NCBI GenBank assembly: GCA_040219065.1
Contig: JAVJTD010000261.1
Span: forward strand, 657-64,656
Direction of reading: 5' to 3'
Length of the DNA: 64,000 bases
Source of the DNA: Planctomycetota bacterium
Lineage (GTDB): Bacteria; Planctomycetota; OFTM77
The stretch's first letter is position 1. Every line of letters starts with the position of its first letter. The notes beneath the pieces were generated by a model that was given only the letters and a program-made list of their open reading frames with translations, was not told where the DNA came from and did not search any database. The position numbers were made by a program, and so were the translations under genes. This document shows, piece after piece, positions 19,310 to 28,661 of the stretch.

Positions 19310-19890
19310 CCCCCTTCCGACCTGAAGCTCGCCGCATTCGGACCGCCGGCTTCAGCCGGTCTCGGTGTCCTCCATCCAAGCGCCTTGGAGAGGACCCAGA
19401 CCTCAGATCCGAAACTCCGTGGCACGATGCCGCCAGGTGTCGGATCGCCGGCTTCAAAGTTGAGAGTTGGAAGTCGAGCCGTTGGATGTTCGAAGAGGCC
19501 CAAGCTCGCTTGGGGAAGCCCTCACCAACAGACTCGGCCTTTGGCTCGCTCGGCTTGGGCACTCCAGTGCGCCGGGCCCAAGGAAGTCACGCCGGCACGG
19601 TGCGCCCCGGCCCAAGCTCGCTTGCGCAGAGCTCTCGCAGACAGACTCGGCCTTTGGCTCGCTCGGCTTGGGCACTCCAGTGCGCCGGGCACGTTTCACC
19701 CTTGTATGCTTAAGGCGCCGCGCCCGGGGGCGGGCTCGGAGTGCGCTGTCTCGGCGCCTCCGCGTGCCCCGGCCCAAGCTCGCTCGAGTAGAGCCCACAC
19801 AGACACACTCTGCCTTTGGCTCGCTCGGATTGGGCACTCCTTCGCCCTCGGGCCCAGTTTCACCACCTGCATGATCCGGGGGCGCTGCTG
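19310..19890. repeat. mosaic intergenic repeat locus 1 (reverse orientation relative to loci 2 and 3)
   Basis: Three reiterations of ~75-nt unit cccaagctcgcttg..agactcggcctttggctcgctcggcttgggcactcc. Additional shared modules ccgccggcttcagccggtctc, ggacccagacctcagatccgaaactccgtggc, agtttcaccacctgcatg. Whole segment is the reverse complement of segments at 45650-46090 and 56535-57260. Confidence 0.85.
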
Positions 19891-19903
19891 ATTTGCGCTT
19901 TCC

Positions 19904-21601
19904 TCAGTTCTCGAAGTAGGGCCTCTTCGAGACCAGGAACCAGGCTTCGAGGTCTTCTTGGAGGGTGGACTTGGATTGGAGGCGCGATGTCTTCGGCGTG
20001 CTTCCCGAAGCGTTGTACCCGCCTCCCGAGCCTCCCGAGTTACCGCTGCCTCCCGTGTTGTCGCCGTCGTTCTTCTCGGCGCCTTGGCCGGCGGTCGGCA
20101 CCGGCTCTTGGCCGACGACGCTCGTCTTGATGAGCCTGGGATCCTGGACACCGAAGAGGCACCAGAGGCCGAAGCGATTGTCGAGGCGATGGCGTTGGAG
20201 CTCCCAAGATGGTGCGTACATCGCCTCTGCTTCTGCAATCTCCCAATTCAAGCGCTTCACCGCGATCTGGCCCTTGGGAACGCGCTGCGCGAATCGATAG
20301 GCGCGCGCGGCGTCTTTCAGGTCCTCGACGCGAGGGTCGGGCATGGGAGTGGCCGGCATCTCCTCGAGCTGACGGGTCCGGGCGAGGACGGCGAGGTAGA
20401 GCCAGGCCGAGCGAATGAGGCGGGGGTTGCTGCGATCGTTGCGGACGACCGCGAGCGCGGTGTCCTTCCCCTCTGCGCTCTCGAGGCGAGCCAAGCCGAG
20501 GAGAGCGGCACTCTGCAGGTCGGGCTGCTTCGCTTGCAGGAGCCGCATCAGATAAGGAACGGCGTCCTGGCCGAGCACGCGCGCGGCGGTCGCGGCGATC
20601 TGGGGGGCTCGCTCCTCGGGCATCTTCGTGAGCTTCTCGAACCGATTGATCCAAGCCTTCGCGCCCGACTCGCCAGGCTCGAGCGTCGGCTCGATCCGCT
20701 CGAGGACCGGGAGGACGGTCAACAGGACTTCGGACTTGGCGTCGGCATAGAGGCTCTCGAGGTATTTGAGCGATTTGTCCTTGGGCTGATGAGCGCCGAG
20801 AGCCAAGGCCGCGAACATCTGCTCCTCGAGTGCCCCGCTCGAGCGGGCGACGTCCAAGAAGGAGTGATCGAGGCCCGAAGGCATCTGCCGGCCTTCGCCG
20901 AGATGGGCCAGGGTCAGCCAAGCGCCGAGACGGAGGATGCGCTCGCTGGTCTGATCCCCGTGCTTTCCCGAGAGGATCGCGATGGCGGTGACACCTGCGG
21001 ACTGATCGCCGATCAGTGCCCGGCTGAACAAGGCGGCCGCTTGCCGCCTCATCTCCCAGGCGTCCGGTCTCGCCAGACGCTCGATCTTCCTCAGGACCTC
21101 CACACTTTCGGCAGACCGCGCTCGCCCCAATGCCAACACGGCGGCCACCGCAGCCTGGGACCGGGGCCGATTCTCGCTGAGCGCGAGGGCCTCGAGCGTC
21201 TTTCGGGCTTCGGGGGTCAAGGTCGACCCCAGCCCGAGACCGAGAGCGACGACGACCTCTTCCTCGTCACTCCATTTCCCCAGGTTCCGGTTGAGGAGCT
21301 CGAGGGATTCGGGGTCGCGGAGTCCGGCGAGCATGAAGAGCAGGCTTCGGCGCACCTGGGCGGCGCCTTTTTCATCGAGCTTCCTGACGAGGCTCCGGCG
21401 CAGCTCGTCGAAGGTGCCCCAGTCGATGACGGCGTCGACGGCGGCTCGGCGCCGTTGGGCATTGCCGTCATTGAGCGCGCGCACGTGAGGTTCCAGCCGC
21501 GCCTCGAGGGCGGATCGGCCGGGCTCGAAGACGTCGAGAAACCCCTCTTCATCGCCGATCCCGCTCAGCGCCGCCAGTCCGAGTGCGATCCAAAGCATCA
21601 T
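19904..21601 (-). CDS. secreted HEAT-repeat protein with Gly/Ser-rich C-terminal tail
   Basis: 565 aa, signal peptide MMLWIALGLAALSG, many HEAT/ARM-like helical repeats. Confidence 0.6.
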   Translation of the reverse strand: MMLWIALGLAALSGIGDEEGFLDVFEPGRSALEARLEPHVRALNDGNAQRRRAAVDAVIDWGTFDELRRSLVRKLDEKGAAQVRRSLLFMLAGLRDPESLELLNRNLGKWSDEEEVVVALGLGLGSTLTPEARKTLEALALSENRPRSQAAVAAVLALGRARSAESVEVLRKIERLARPDAWEMRRQAAALFSRALIGDQSAGVTAIAILSGKHGDQTSERILRLGAWLTLAHLGEGRQMPSGLDHSFLDVARSSGALEEQMFAALALGAHQPKDKSLKYLESLYADAKSEVLLTVLPVLERIEPTLEPGESGAKAWINRFEKLTKMPEERAPQIAATAARVLGQDAVPYLMRLLQAKQPDLQSAALLGLARLESAEGKDTALAVVRNDRSNPRLIRSAWLYLAVLARTRQLEEMPATPMPDPRVEDLKDAARAYRFAQRVPKGQIAVKRLNWEIAEAEAMYAPSWELQRHRLDNRFGLWCLFGVQDPRLIKTSVVGQEPVPTAGQGAEKNDGDNTGGSGNSGGSGGGYNASGSTPKTSRLQSKSTLQEDLEAWFLVSKRPYFEN

Positions 21602-21870
21602 TCGATGACCTCCGCGGGATCTGACCCCGTCCGATGTCGTTCCAGGCAGGAACCGTCCCTATTGTAAGCGACATCCCCACGAGCTGCCGAGCCTTCACCT
21701 CATGCTCATTCGCCAACGCAACCTCCTGACCCCGATGATCCTAAGGGCATCTTCCCGTCGATGCCGAAAAGACAGGTCAGCCGAACCCCTTCCGAGCCGA
21801 ATCTGCAGCTCGTTGTGACACACACCCTGAAATCCGGGGGGGAGATCGGCGAAATCGGGAGACTCTGCGA

Positions 21871-24800
21871 ATGGGTCTGAGGGGCGACCTCGCCAACATA
21901 GGGCTGGCACAAATCTTCCAAACCCTCCTGATGGGGCAGCAGGAGGGCATTCTCAAGGTCACGAGAGACGGCCTGGATTGCCAGCTCCTGTTCACCCGGC
22001 AAGGAGTGTCCTTGCTCGACGTTCGCGGCCGGCACATGCTGCGTCTCGGGCGTTTGCTCGTGAACGCCAGCCGCATCAGCCAGGACGACCTCGAAGAGGC
22101 CCTGTTGTTCCAGGAGAGCCGCGGCGGCAAGCTCGGCGAGATCCTGGTCGAGCGCGGGAAGCTGAGCGAAGAGGAGCTCTCCCGGTATCTGACGATCCAG
22201 TCGCAGGAGCAGATCTTCGACGTCTTCAACTGGACCGATGCCCAGTTCGAGGTCATCCCCGTCGGCGAAGCACCGCCTCGGCGATCGGACGATCAGTTCG
22301 CGGATCACATGTTCGATCCGAACTCGATCTTGCTCGAGGCTGCCCGGCGCATCGATGAGTGGTCGCACGTCAACGATCACATCACCGACCTCGAGGAGAT
22401 CTACGTCCAGACGACGACCGATGCGCTCGATCCGATCGAGACCGGAGATCCCTTTCGGGACAAGATCCTCGGCTACTTCGACGGACAGACCAGCATCCGT
22501 CAGATCATCGACGCGACCTTCTCCCCGTCCTTGGACATCTGCAAGGCCGTGCTCGCCCTGCAGACCGCCGGCTGGATCCGGCCGGCGACGACCGAGGAGC
22601 TGCTGGAGGTCGCCGCGCTCCACACCGAGTCTCGGCACTACGAAGACGCGATCAACGTGCTCCGCGTCGCCCACAACCGTGAGCGCGCGCGCGTCGACAT
22701 CCTGCGCCAGCTCATCTCGCTCGAAGAGCGTCTGGGCCGAAACAAGGAAGCCGCGAACGATCTTTGCGACTTGGCGATCCTCTCCCAAGCGCGCGGCGAC
22801 GAGGAAGGCATGCTCGAGATCCTCGAGAATGCCCGAACCCTCGATCCCAGGAGCGCCAGGGCTTTGGAGCAGCTCTTCGAGGCTCGCTTCGAAAGAGAGG
22901 AGACGGCCGAGGCGATCGTGACGGGCCGCGAGCTGGCCGCGCTCTATCACGACCTCGATGACTACGAGCGCTCTTGCCAGGTGCTCGATCGCTTGATCGC
23001 GCTGGACCCCGACAACACGGTCTTTCGGTTCCAGTATGCCCAGTGCTGCCGCCAGCTCGGCCGCGAAGCCGACGCGCTCCTCACCTTGCAGGAGGTCGGG
23101 CGCCGGCTCGAGCAGCAAAAGCTGCATCGCCCGCTGATCGAGACCTATCGCAAGATCCTCGAGATCGACCCGAAGAATCGCGAGGTCAACAAGAAGGTCC
23201 GTCAGCTCCAGAAGAACCGTCGCCGCTCGCGGGCGCAGATCGTCTTCGCGGCAGCCGTCGTACTCGGCGTGCTCAGCGTCGGCTGGCACCTGCTCTCGCT
23301 ATCACGCGACCAAGAAGTCGCGAGCGCCGAGCTCGCCACGGCGCGTGCCCTCTGGTCGGCCGGTGACCTGAGCGGCGCCCGGACGGCCCTGCTCAAGCTG
23401 ATCGATCGCTACGATCACACCGAAGCCGGAGCCGAAGGCTCCGCGTTGCTCGAGCAGATCGACGTGCGCCTGCACGCCGCCGAGCGCCGGGAAGCCCAGG
23501 CCCGGGAAGCCCAGGTGATGAAGGAGCTGGAGCACGCCCTCGAGCTGCTCTCGCAAGAGCGCATCTTCGAGGCGGCCGACCTGTACACCGAGCTGCCCTC
23601 GACCTTGACGACCGCGGGCCTGCGCCAGGAGTACGACACGGGCTTGAACTCGCTCGACGTGCTCCTTCGCGAGCGCGTCGACGAGCTGACCACGCAGGCC
23701 AACGCCCTCCTCGCGCGCCAGCTTCGCGACCCGCAAGCCGCCCTCGACCTCATCAACGAGCAGTTTCCTCGCCTTGGCGAGCAGAAGTACCGCGGACTGC
23801 GCGACGATGTCGACACGCTGACGGCGGCGCCCAAGCGGCGCAAGAGCCTCGAGGAGTCCCTCGACAAGGCGCTCGACCTCTATCGCCGCCTGGAGCCGGT
23901 GCGCGCGGAGCTCGAGACCGACGTCGCCAAGACGCTCCAGCTCAAGAGCACCGACAAGCAGTACGGCATCGCCTACCGCTTCGAGCAGGCCGGTCGGATC
24001 CAGGACGCGATCCAGGGGTACCGGCGAGCGCTCGAGGTCGGTCAGGGCAAGTTCTCCGACATCATCGAGCAGCAGATCGCGAATCTCGAGATCCTCGATC
24101 GCGACGTGAATCAGGCGAAGGAGATGCTCCGGGAGGGTCGCTACAACAAGGCGCACGAAGTCTTCGATCGGCTGGTCCTCGAGTATCGCCACATCGACCT
24201 CGCGGCCCTGTTCGAGATGATCGTCTGGATCGACTCCTATCCGCAGGGTGCGCCGATCCTGCTCGACGGCCAACGCACCGACCTGCTCACGCCGGCCGCG
24301 GTGCGCTACGCACCGGGCAAGGCACCGGTCGTGCGGATCGAGGCGGCGGGTTACGAGCCGCTCGAGTACGATCTGCGCGAGGTCCGCACCGGGCTCATCC
24401 GCGAGTACCTCCACAAGAAGGTACTTTGGCAGAAGCACCTCGATGGCGCAGTCGACGCAGACCTCTTGGCGACGCCTCTCGGCGTGATCGTCGGGACTCG
24501 GGCGGGGACGGTCCAGCTCCTCAGCCTCGAGGACGGCCGCGCGCTGTGGAGCTACGATACCGAGTCCCTGGACGGTCTCGACGTCTCGGCCGCCGTCGCC
24601 GGGGACCGAGTCTACGTCGCCACGATCGACGGGACGGTGATCTGCCTGTCGACGCGGGGCCGCTTCCTCTGGCGAGCGAAGCTGGGCCAGAAGGTCCTGG
24701 CCCCCCCCATTCCGATCCAGGACAACCTCGCGATCCTGGCGAGGGACGGGATTCGCTTGCTGGCCGTGAGCGATGGTCGCCCGGCAGGGACCGTGCCGCT

Positions 24801-25383
24801 CGACCGGGTGGGGAGCCACAACGGCTTCGTGCAACGCCTCGGAGGCTTGATCGTCTCGGATCTGAGCTCGGTGTCCTCGATCGGCTTGCCCAGCGGGAAG
24901 AGCACCTGGCGCTTTCGCGGTGCCTTCGACATCGCCTCGGCCCCCATCACGTTCGCGGACCAGGTCGTCGTCAATCTCGAGGGCGGCGGCGTGGCCTGCC
25001 TCACCGCCAACTCGGGCGGGGTCAACTGGCGCTACTCGGGACGGATCGACACCGCCTTCGATCCCCTCGTCTTCGAGGACCGGATCTACACGGCGCTCGC
25101 CGGCGACGACGGCGAGCTGTTGTGCCTGGATCGGTTCACAGGCGAGCGCCTGCCGGCGTTCAAGCTCGATACCCCGATCGTCTCACCGCCGACCATCGCG
25201 GACGGTCGCCTGTACGTAGGCGGGGCCAACGGCGAGCTCTATGTGTGGAACCTCTCGAACCAGACCCTGGCCTGGAAGTTCCCCTGCAAGGAGCCCATCG
25301 CGTCGCGGCCGGCCGTCACGGGCGGCAGGCTCTTCGTCGCCACGGAGAGCGGTCGGATGCTCGCCTTCGACCTGACGGAGTGA
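21871..25383 (+). CDS. large multidomain protein: N-terminal DUF4388, TPR repeats, one TM helix, coiled coil, C-terminal PQQ-like beta-propeller
   Basis: 1170 aa; DUF4388-type start LANIGLAQIFQTLLMGQQEGILKV; TPR-like helices 22600-23200; TM IVFAAAVVLGVLSVGWHLLSL; C-terminal repeated beta-propeller blades (RVYVATIDGTVICL, RLYVGGANGELYVW, RLFVATESGRMLAF). Confidence 0.7.
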   Translation: MGLRGDLANIGLAQIFQTLLMGQQEGILKVTRDGLDCQLLFTRQGVSLLDVRGRHMLRLGRLLVNASRISQDDLEEALLFQESRGGKLGEILVERGKLSEEELSRYLTIQSQEQIFDVFNWTDAQFEVIPVGEAPPRRSDDQFADHMFDPNSILLEAARRIDEWSHVNDHITDLEEIYVQTTTDALDPIETGDPFRDKILGYFDGQTSIRQIIDATFSPSLDICKAVLALQTAGWIRPATTEELLEVAALHTESRHYEDAINVLRVAHNRERARVDILRQLISLEERLGRNKEAANDLCDLAILSQARGDEEGMLEILENARTLDPRSARALEQLFEARFEREETAEAIVTGRELAALYHDLDDYERSCQVLDRLIALDPDNTVFRFQYAQCCRQLGREADALLTLQEVGRRLEQQKLHRPLIETYRKILEIDPKNREVNKKVRQLQKNRRRSRAQIVFAAAVVLGVLSVGWHLLSLSRDQEVASAELATARALWSAGDLSGARTALLKLIDRYDHTEAGAEGSALLEQIDVRLHAAERREAQAREAQVMKELEHALELLSQERIFEAADLYTELPSTLTTAGLRQEYDTGLNSLDVLLRERVDELTTQANALLARQLRDPQAALDLINEQFPRLGEQKYRGLRDDVDTLTAAPKRRKSLEESLDKALDLYRRLEPVRAELETDVAKTLQLKSTDKQYGIAYRFEQAGRIQDAIQGYRRALEVGQGKFSDIIEQQIANLEILDRDVNQAKEMLREGRYNKAHEVFDRLVLEYRHIDLAALFEMIVWIDSYPQGAPILLDGQRTDLLTPAAVRYAPGKAPVVRIEAAGYEPLEYDLREVRTGLIREYLHKKVLWQKHLDGAVDADLLATPLGVIVGTRAGTVQLLSLEDGRALWSYDTESLDGLDVSAAVAGDRVYVATIDGTVICLSTRGRFLWRAKLGQKVLAPPIPIQDNLAILARDGIRLLAVSDGRPAGTVPLDRVGSHNGFVQRLGGLIVSDLSSVSSIGLPSGKSTWRFRGAFDIASAPITFADQVVVNLEGGGVACLTANSGGVNWRYSGRIDTAFDPLVFEDRIYTALAGDDGELLCLDRFTGERLPAFKLDTPIVSPPTIADGRLYVGGANGELYVWNLSNQTLAWKFPCKEPIASRPAVTGGRLFVATESGRMLAFDLTE

Positions 25384-25446
25384 GCCGAGCGCCGGCCCCT
25401 CGAGAACCCGGAGCGACCGAGGTCGCCCCGGGTGATGATCAAAGCA

Positions 25447-26610
25447 TCAGTTGACGTCAATGGTGATCGGGTTGGAGATCGCTCCGGCCGACAGGTCCAC
25501 GGTCTGCACCCAGCTCGTGACCTTTTGCCCGCCGAAGAACGGCACCGTCGTGCTGATCACGGCCTGCCCCTGCGCATCCCAGCGGCCGATGAAGCGCCAC
25601 CAGTTGCCCGCGAGCTGCTGGTAGGTCGGATCGTTGGGATCGAGCAGCCAGACCTCGGTGCCACCGAGGCCCGGACCGTAGGGTTGATACAGCGGCTGAC
25701 CCGACGCCATCAGCCAGTACAAGCCGTTCGGCGTGCCGCTGGACAGGCTGAGCTGGATCGTGGCGCCTTCGGCTGGCGTCGCGTCATCGACGTCGAGCGT
25801 CGGCATGCCGTCGACCGGAGCGGTGGTGAAGGCGATGGCGTTCAGCTCGACCGCATTGCCGAAGCCGAAGTCCGCCTCGGTGTACCCGGCGATGACCCGT
25901 CCGCCCTGGTCATCGACGAAGACGGTGGCATCGTCACTGCTGGGCGACTGCACCGTGAACGCCAGCTTGTTCGAAGCGGGGTCCCAGGCGAGCCCGAGCG
26001 TGTCACCGATCGAAGAAAGGGTGGTGCCGAGTGCGTTCTCGACGAGCGCGCGAATCTGATCCTCCGAGTACATCAAGACCGCCTGACCGCCCGCCGGAAT
26101 CCGGTAGACGTCACCGTCCTGGATCGAGCCGACGTTGCCGTCGATCGTGACGAGGAGCTCCCCTTGGGCGTTGTAGGTGAAGCCGTCGACATCGATCGCC
26201 GAGCCAGGGATGCCGAGGGCCGCTGCGATCGAGGCTTCATCGAGGACGAGCACGATCTGACCTGCGGCGTCGAGCGTCAGGATGTCGCCGTCCTGGAAGC
26301 CGAGCTGGTCGGAGAGCAGCGAGAACTGGAAGCTGCGATACGAGGGGCGGCCGGTCCCTTCGAAGTGCAGGCCATCGATGTCCGTCGGCAGCTCCCCGAG
26401 CAGAGCCGTCAGGCCCGCCCCGTTGAAATGCACGACCGGGGTACCTCCGGCGACGAAGCGACACACCTCCCCATCGTCGGCCGTGCGGCCGGGAAGCTGC
26501 GCGTCTCCGGACGTGGAGAACATGAGTGACGTGCCCTGCGCCGAAGCGGTCGACGGGCAGACGAAGAGAACAGCGGACACGAGGCACAGGCTCATCATGA
26601 GCTTGCCCAT
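25447..26610 (-). CDS. secreted hypothetical protein
   Basis: 387 aa, clear signal peptide (MGKLMMSLCLVSAVLFVCPSTASA), Gly/Asp/Thr-rich beta-type composition; no family recognised. Confidence 0.6.
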   Translation of the reverse strand: MGKLMMSLCLVSAVLFVCPSTASAQGTSLMFSTSGDAQLPGRTADDGEVCRFVAGGTPVVHFNGAGLTALLGELPTDIDGLHFEGTGRPSYRSFQFSLLSDQLGFQDGDILTLDAAGQIVLVLDEASIAAALGIPGSAIDVDGFTYNAQGELLVTIDGNVGSIQDGDVYRIPAGGQAVLMYSEDQIRALVENALGTTLSSIGDTLGLAWDPASNKLAFTVQSPSSDDATVFVDDQGGRVIAGYTEADFGFGNAVELNAIAFTTAPVDGMPTLDVDDATPAEGATIQLSLSSGTPNGLYWLMASGQPLYQPYGPGLGGTEVWLLDPNDPTYQQLAGNWWRFIGRWDAQGQAVISTTVPFFGGQKVTSWVQTVDLSAGAISNPITIDVN

Positions 26611-26797
26611 CAGTGAATCCTCCCGAGTTGATCGAGACCGATCGGCCGGGTGTGCCTTAACCAGTCGTGGCTCGCGCGAAAAGGTCGACAGAGATTCTCG
26701 ATTTTTCTCGGAGAAAATTGGTGAGAATCGTCTCCGACGCGAGTCGGACCGGCGCTTTCGAGGGAGTCACGTCAGGGTCCGACTCAGGGGGAGCGTC

Positions 26798-27397
26798 ATG
26801 ATCTGGAGAACGCTGATTCGCCTGCGCTTCACGATCATCTTGACGATCGTGGCCTGTGCTTGTGCCGAGGGGAGTCGGCGGTTGCCGATCCTCCTGTGGC
26901 GCCGTGTCACCGAGGCCGATGTTCAGCGCCCGATCCGAGCAGCGCACGAGAGGACGACGGTCCCCTTGTCCGGCCCTGGCATCTACGAACTCCTGCTTCA
27001 GTTTCCCGAGCTCTGGCCCGAATCAGGCGCGGTTGGAGCGCGATGGTCCGTTACCGGTGACGAGCCGTCACTGGATCCGAGCGAGTGGAAGCCGATTCGC
27101 CGCTCACTCTCCAGCGATGGGCTTTCGTCGGCATACCTGGACTCGGTACACATTCGAGGACCCGGGAATCAGGCGTTCTCGATCGAGCTCGATCTCGTCC
27201 CCGTTATCGAGGCGGCCGGCGAGTTCCGCTTGATCGTGCGGGACTTGGACTTGGTGATGGCGGCGAGGCAGGGATCGTACACCGCGTACTTCTTGCGTCA
27301 GGCCTCTTGGTTCTTCTTGGTCGGAGCGGCCTTGGCCTTCGTGACGGAAGCGCTACTCTGCTGGCGAGCCTTTCGGGCCGAGCCGGGCCCCGGCTGA
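26798..27397 (+). CDS. hypothetical membrane protein (N- and C-terminal TM segments flanking a periplasmic domain)
   Basis: Internal ATG of ORF 26282..27397 preceded by GGAG; hydrophobic FTIILTIVACACA and WFFLVGAALAFVTEALL. Confidence 0.45.
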   Translation: MIWRTLIRLRFTIILTIVACACAEGSRRLPILLWRRVTEADVQRPIRAAHERTTVPLSGPGIYELLLQFPELWPESGAVGARWSVTGDEPSLDPSEWKPIRRSLSSDGLSSAYLDSVHIRGPGNQAFSIELDLVPVIEAAGEFRLIVRDLDLVMAARQGSYTAYFLRQASWFFLVGAALAFVTEALLCWRAFRAEPGPG

Positions 27398-27500
27398 GAG
27401 CTCCCCCCGTTCGGAAAAGGCTCGCGCCACCGGCATCGATGTCCCAAATTGTGGCGCAGCAAGTGGTGACATCGGATTCGTCGTGGGAGATGAGTAGATC

Positions 27501-28040
27501 ATGCTGCGAGCTTCAGTGAGCCGTCAGGGGTCGACCTGTGCCTGGATCGCTCTCGCGTGCCTCTCTTTGGCCTGCTCGGGGACGCGTGTCGAGACGCAAT
27601 CGACCGAGGGCGTCCAGTTCGGTGATTCCGAAACCTACGCCTGGATGGTGGAGGACGCCGAGCGCGACGAGGTCCTCGCCCTTCGTGTCCGCCAAGCCGT
27701 CGACCAGCAGCTCAGAGAGCTCGGCTGGCAGCAAGTGGATCCCGAGGAGGCCGAGGTCCTGGTCTCGCAACGGACCGCGATCGAGGAGCGGGTCGAATAC
27801 CAAGATCCCTACTACGACACCTTCGTCGCGGAGAAGTACGAGGAGGGCGAGATCACGATCTGGCTCTTCGACGCACGCACGAAGGCGCGTCTTTGGCGAG
27901 GCACGGGGGCAGCGAAGCTGCGCAAGGTGGCGCGGGCGGTCGGGTTGAACGAGCACCAGTACGCCGCGGTGCCGCGAGAGGAGCGCGCCTGGCCGATCGC
28001 GACGATCGTGCGAGACATCCTCACCGAACTACCACGCTGA
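27501..28040 (+). CDS. hypothetical lipoprotein
   Basis: 179 aa, lipobox ALACLSLACSG, acidic mature domain. Confidence 0.5.
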   Translation: MLRASVSRQGSTCAWIALACLSLACSGTRVETQSTEGVQFGDSETYAWMVEDAERDEVLALRVRQAVDQQLRELGWQQVDPEEAEVLVSQRTAIEERVEYQDPYYDTFVAEKYEEGEITIWLFDARTKARLWRGTGAAKLRKVARAVGLNEHQYAAVPREERAWPIATIVRDILTELPR

Positions 28041-28184
28041 AAACAGCTCAGCTGAGGGTAGCCGCTAGGGTGTCGCGCAATTGGCGGTCGACTTCAGTTC
28101 TCGAGCCAGATTCGCCGAAGGCACAACTGAGCACCGGCACGGCTCGATCTCAACCTCGCCAATTGCGAGGACCCGGCGGCTGAA

Positions 28185-28661
28185 ATGATTGACTGCACGA
28201 ACCGAAGCCTATTGGTTGTCGATGATAACTTCGGGGCTCCCGAGGGCGTCCCGCAGGTTCTCTCCTCGCCCGAAGTCGAAGACCCGGCGTTGGATGAGCT
28301 CGGGGCTGCCTTGCTCGGCGAGGAGGCAGGCCCAGGTGGGCCGGCCCCGAGTGTTCCGAGCTACCTCGTCCGAACGCCTCCCACGGCGATTCTCGGGCTG
28401 GCCGGCCTCTCGTGCCGGATCCTGCTCGTCGAGGACACCCCGCTCAACCAGAAGATCATTCGCCGCACGCCCGAGCGCTCCGGCGCTACCGTCAAAATGC
28501 GTGAGAGCGGAGGCTACGATCGGCCGATCGTCGTGCTAACTGCCCGCGCAATGACGGAAGATTCCGTTCGATGCCTGAGAGCAGGCTTCGATGCTCATCC
28601 TTCAAGGCCTTTCCTGCGGAAAGCTCCGGTCGAAACGATCCGCGCTCATCAGGCGCGGTAA
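28185..28661 (+). pseudogene. decayed response-regulator receiver (REC) remnant
   Basis: Two REC-like beginnings (SLLVVDDN; RILLVEDTPLNQKIIRR) and a REC C-terminus (PIVVLTARAMTEDSVRCLRAGFDAHPSRPF), but the phospho-acceptor Asp region is missing; many A/T-ending codons, atypical for this genome. Confidence 0.4.

Noticed and set aside
19310-19890. CRISPR-array hypothesis for the repeat loci
   Set aside because: Repeat units are ~75 nt with partly conserved linkers of irregular length (108-165 nt period in locus 1, ~300 in locus 3); no uniform 28-37 nt repeat/unique spacer alternation; no cas genes.
19094-19891. ORFs inside repeat locus 1 (19094..19891, 19060..19713, 18748..19503, 19454..19837 etc.)
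   Set aside because: Lie within reiterated repeat DNA; frames exist on both strands and reflect repeat periodicity, not coding potential.
19958-21667. 569-aa plus-strand ORF
   Set aside because: Antisense to the HEAT-repeat gene 19904..21601.
21706-24834. Minus-strand ORFs 21706..23289 (527 aa) and 23302..24834 (510 aa)
   Set aside because: Antisense to the 1170-aa DUF4388 protein gene.
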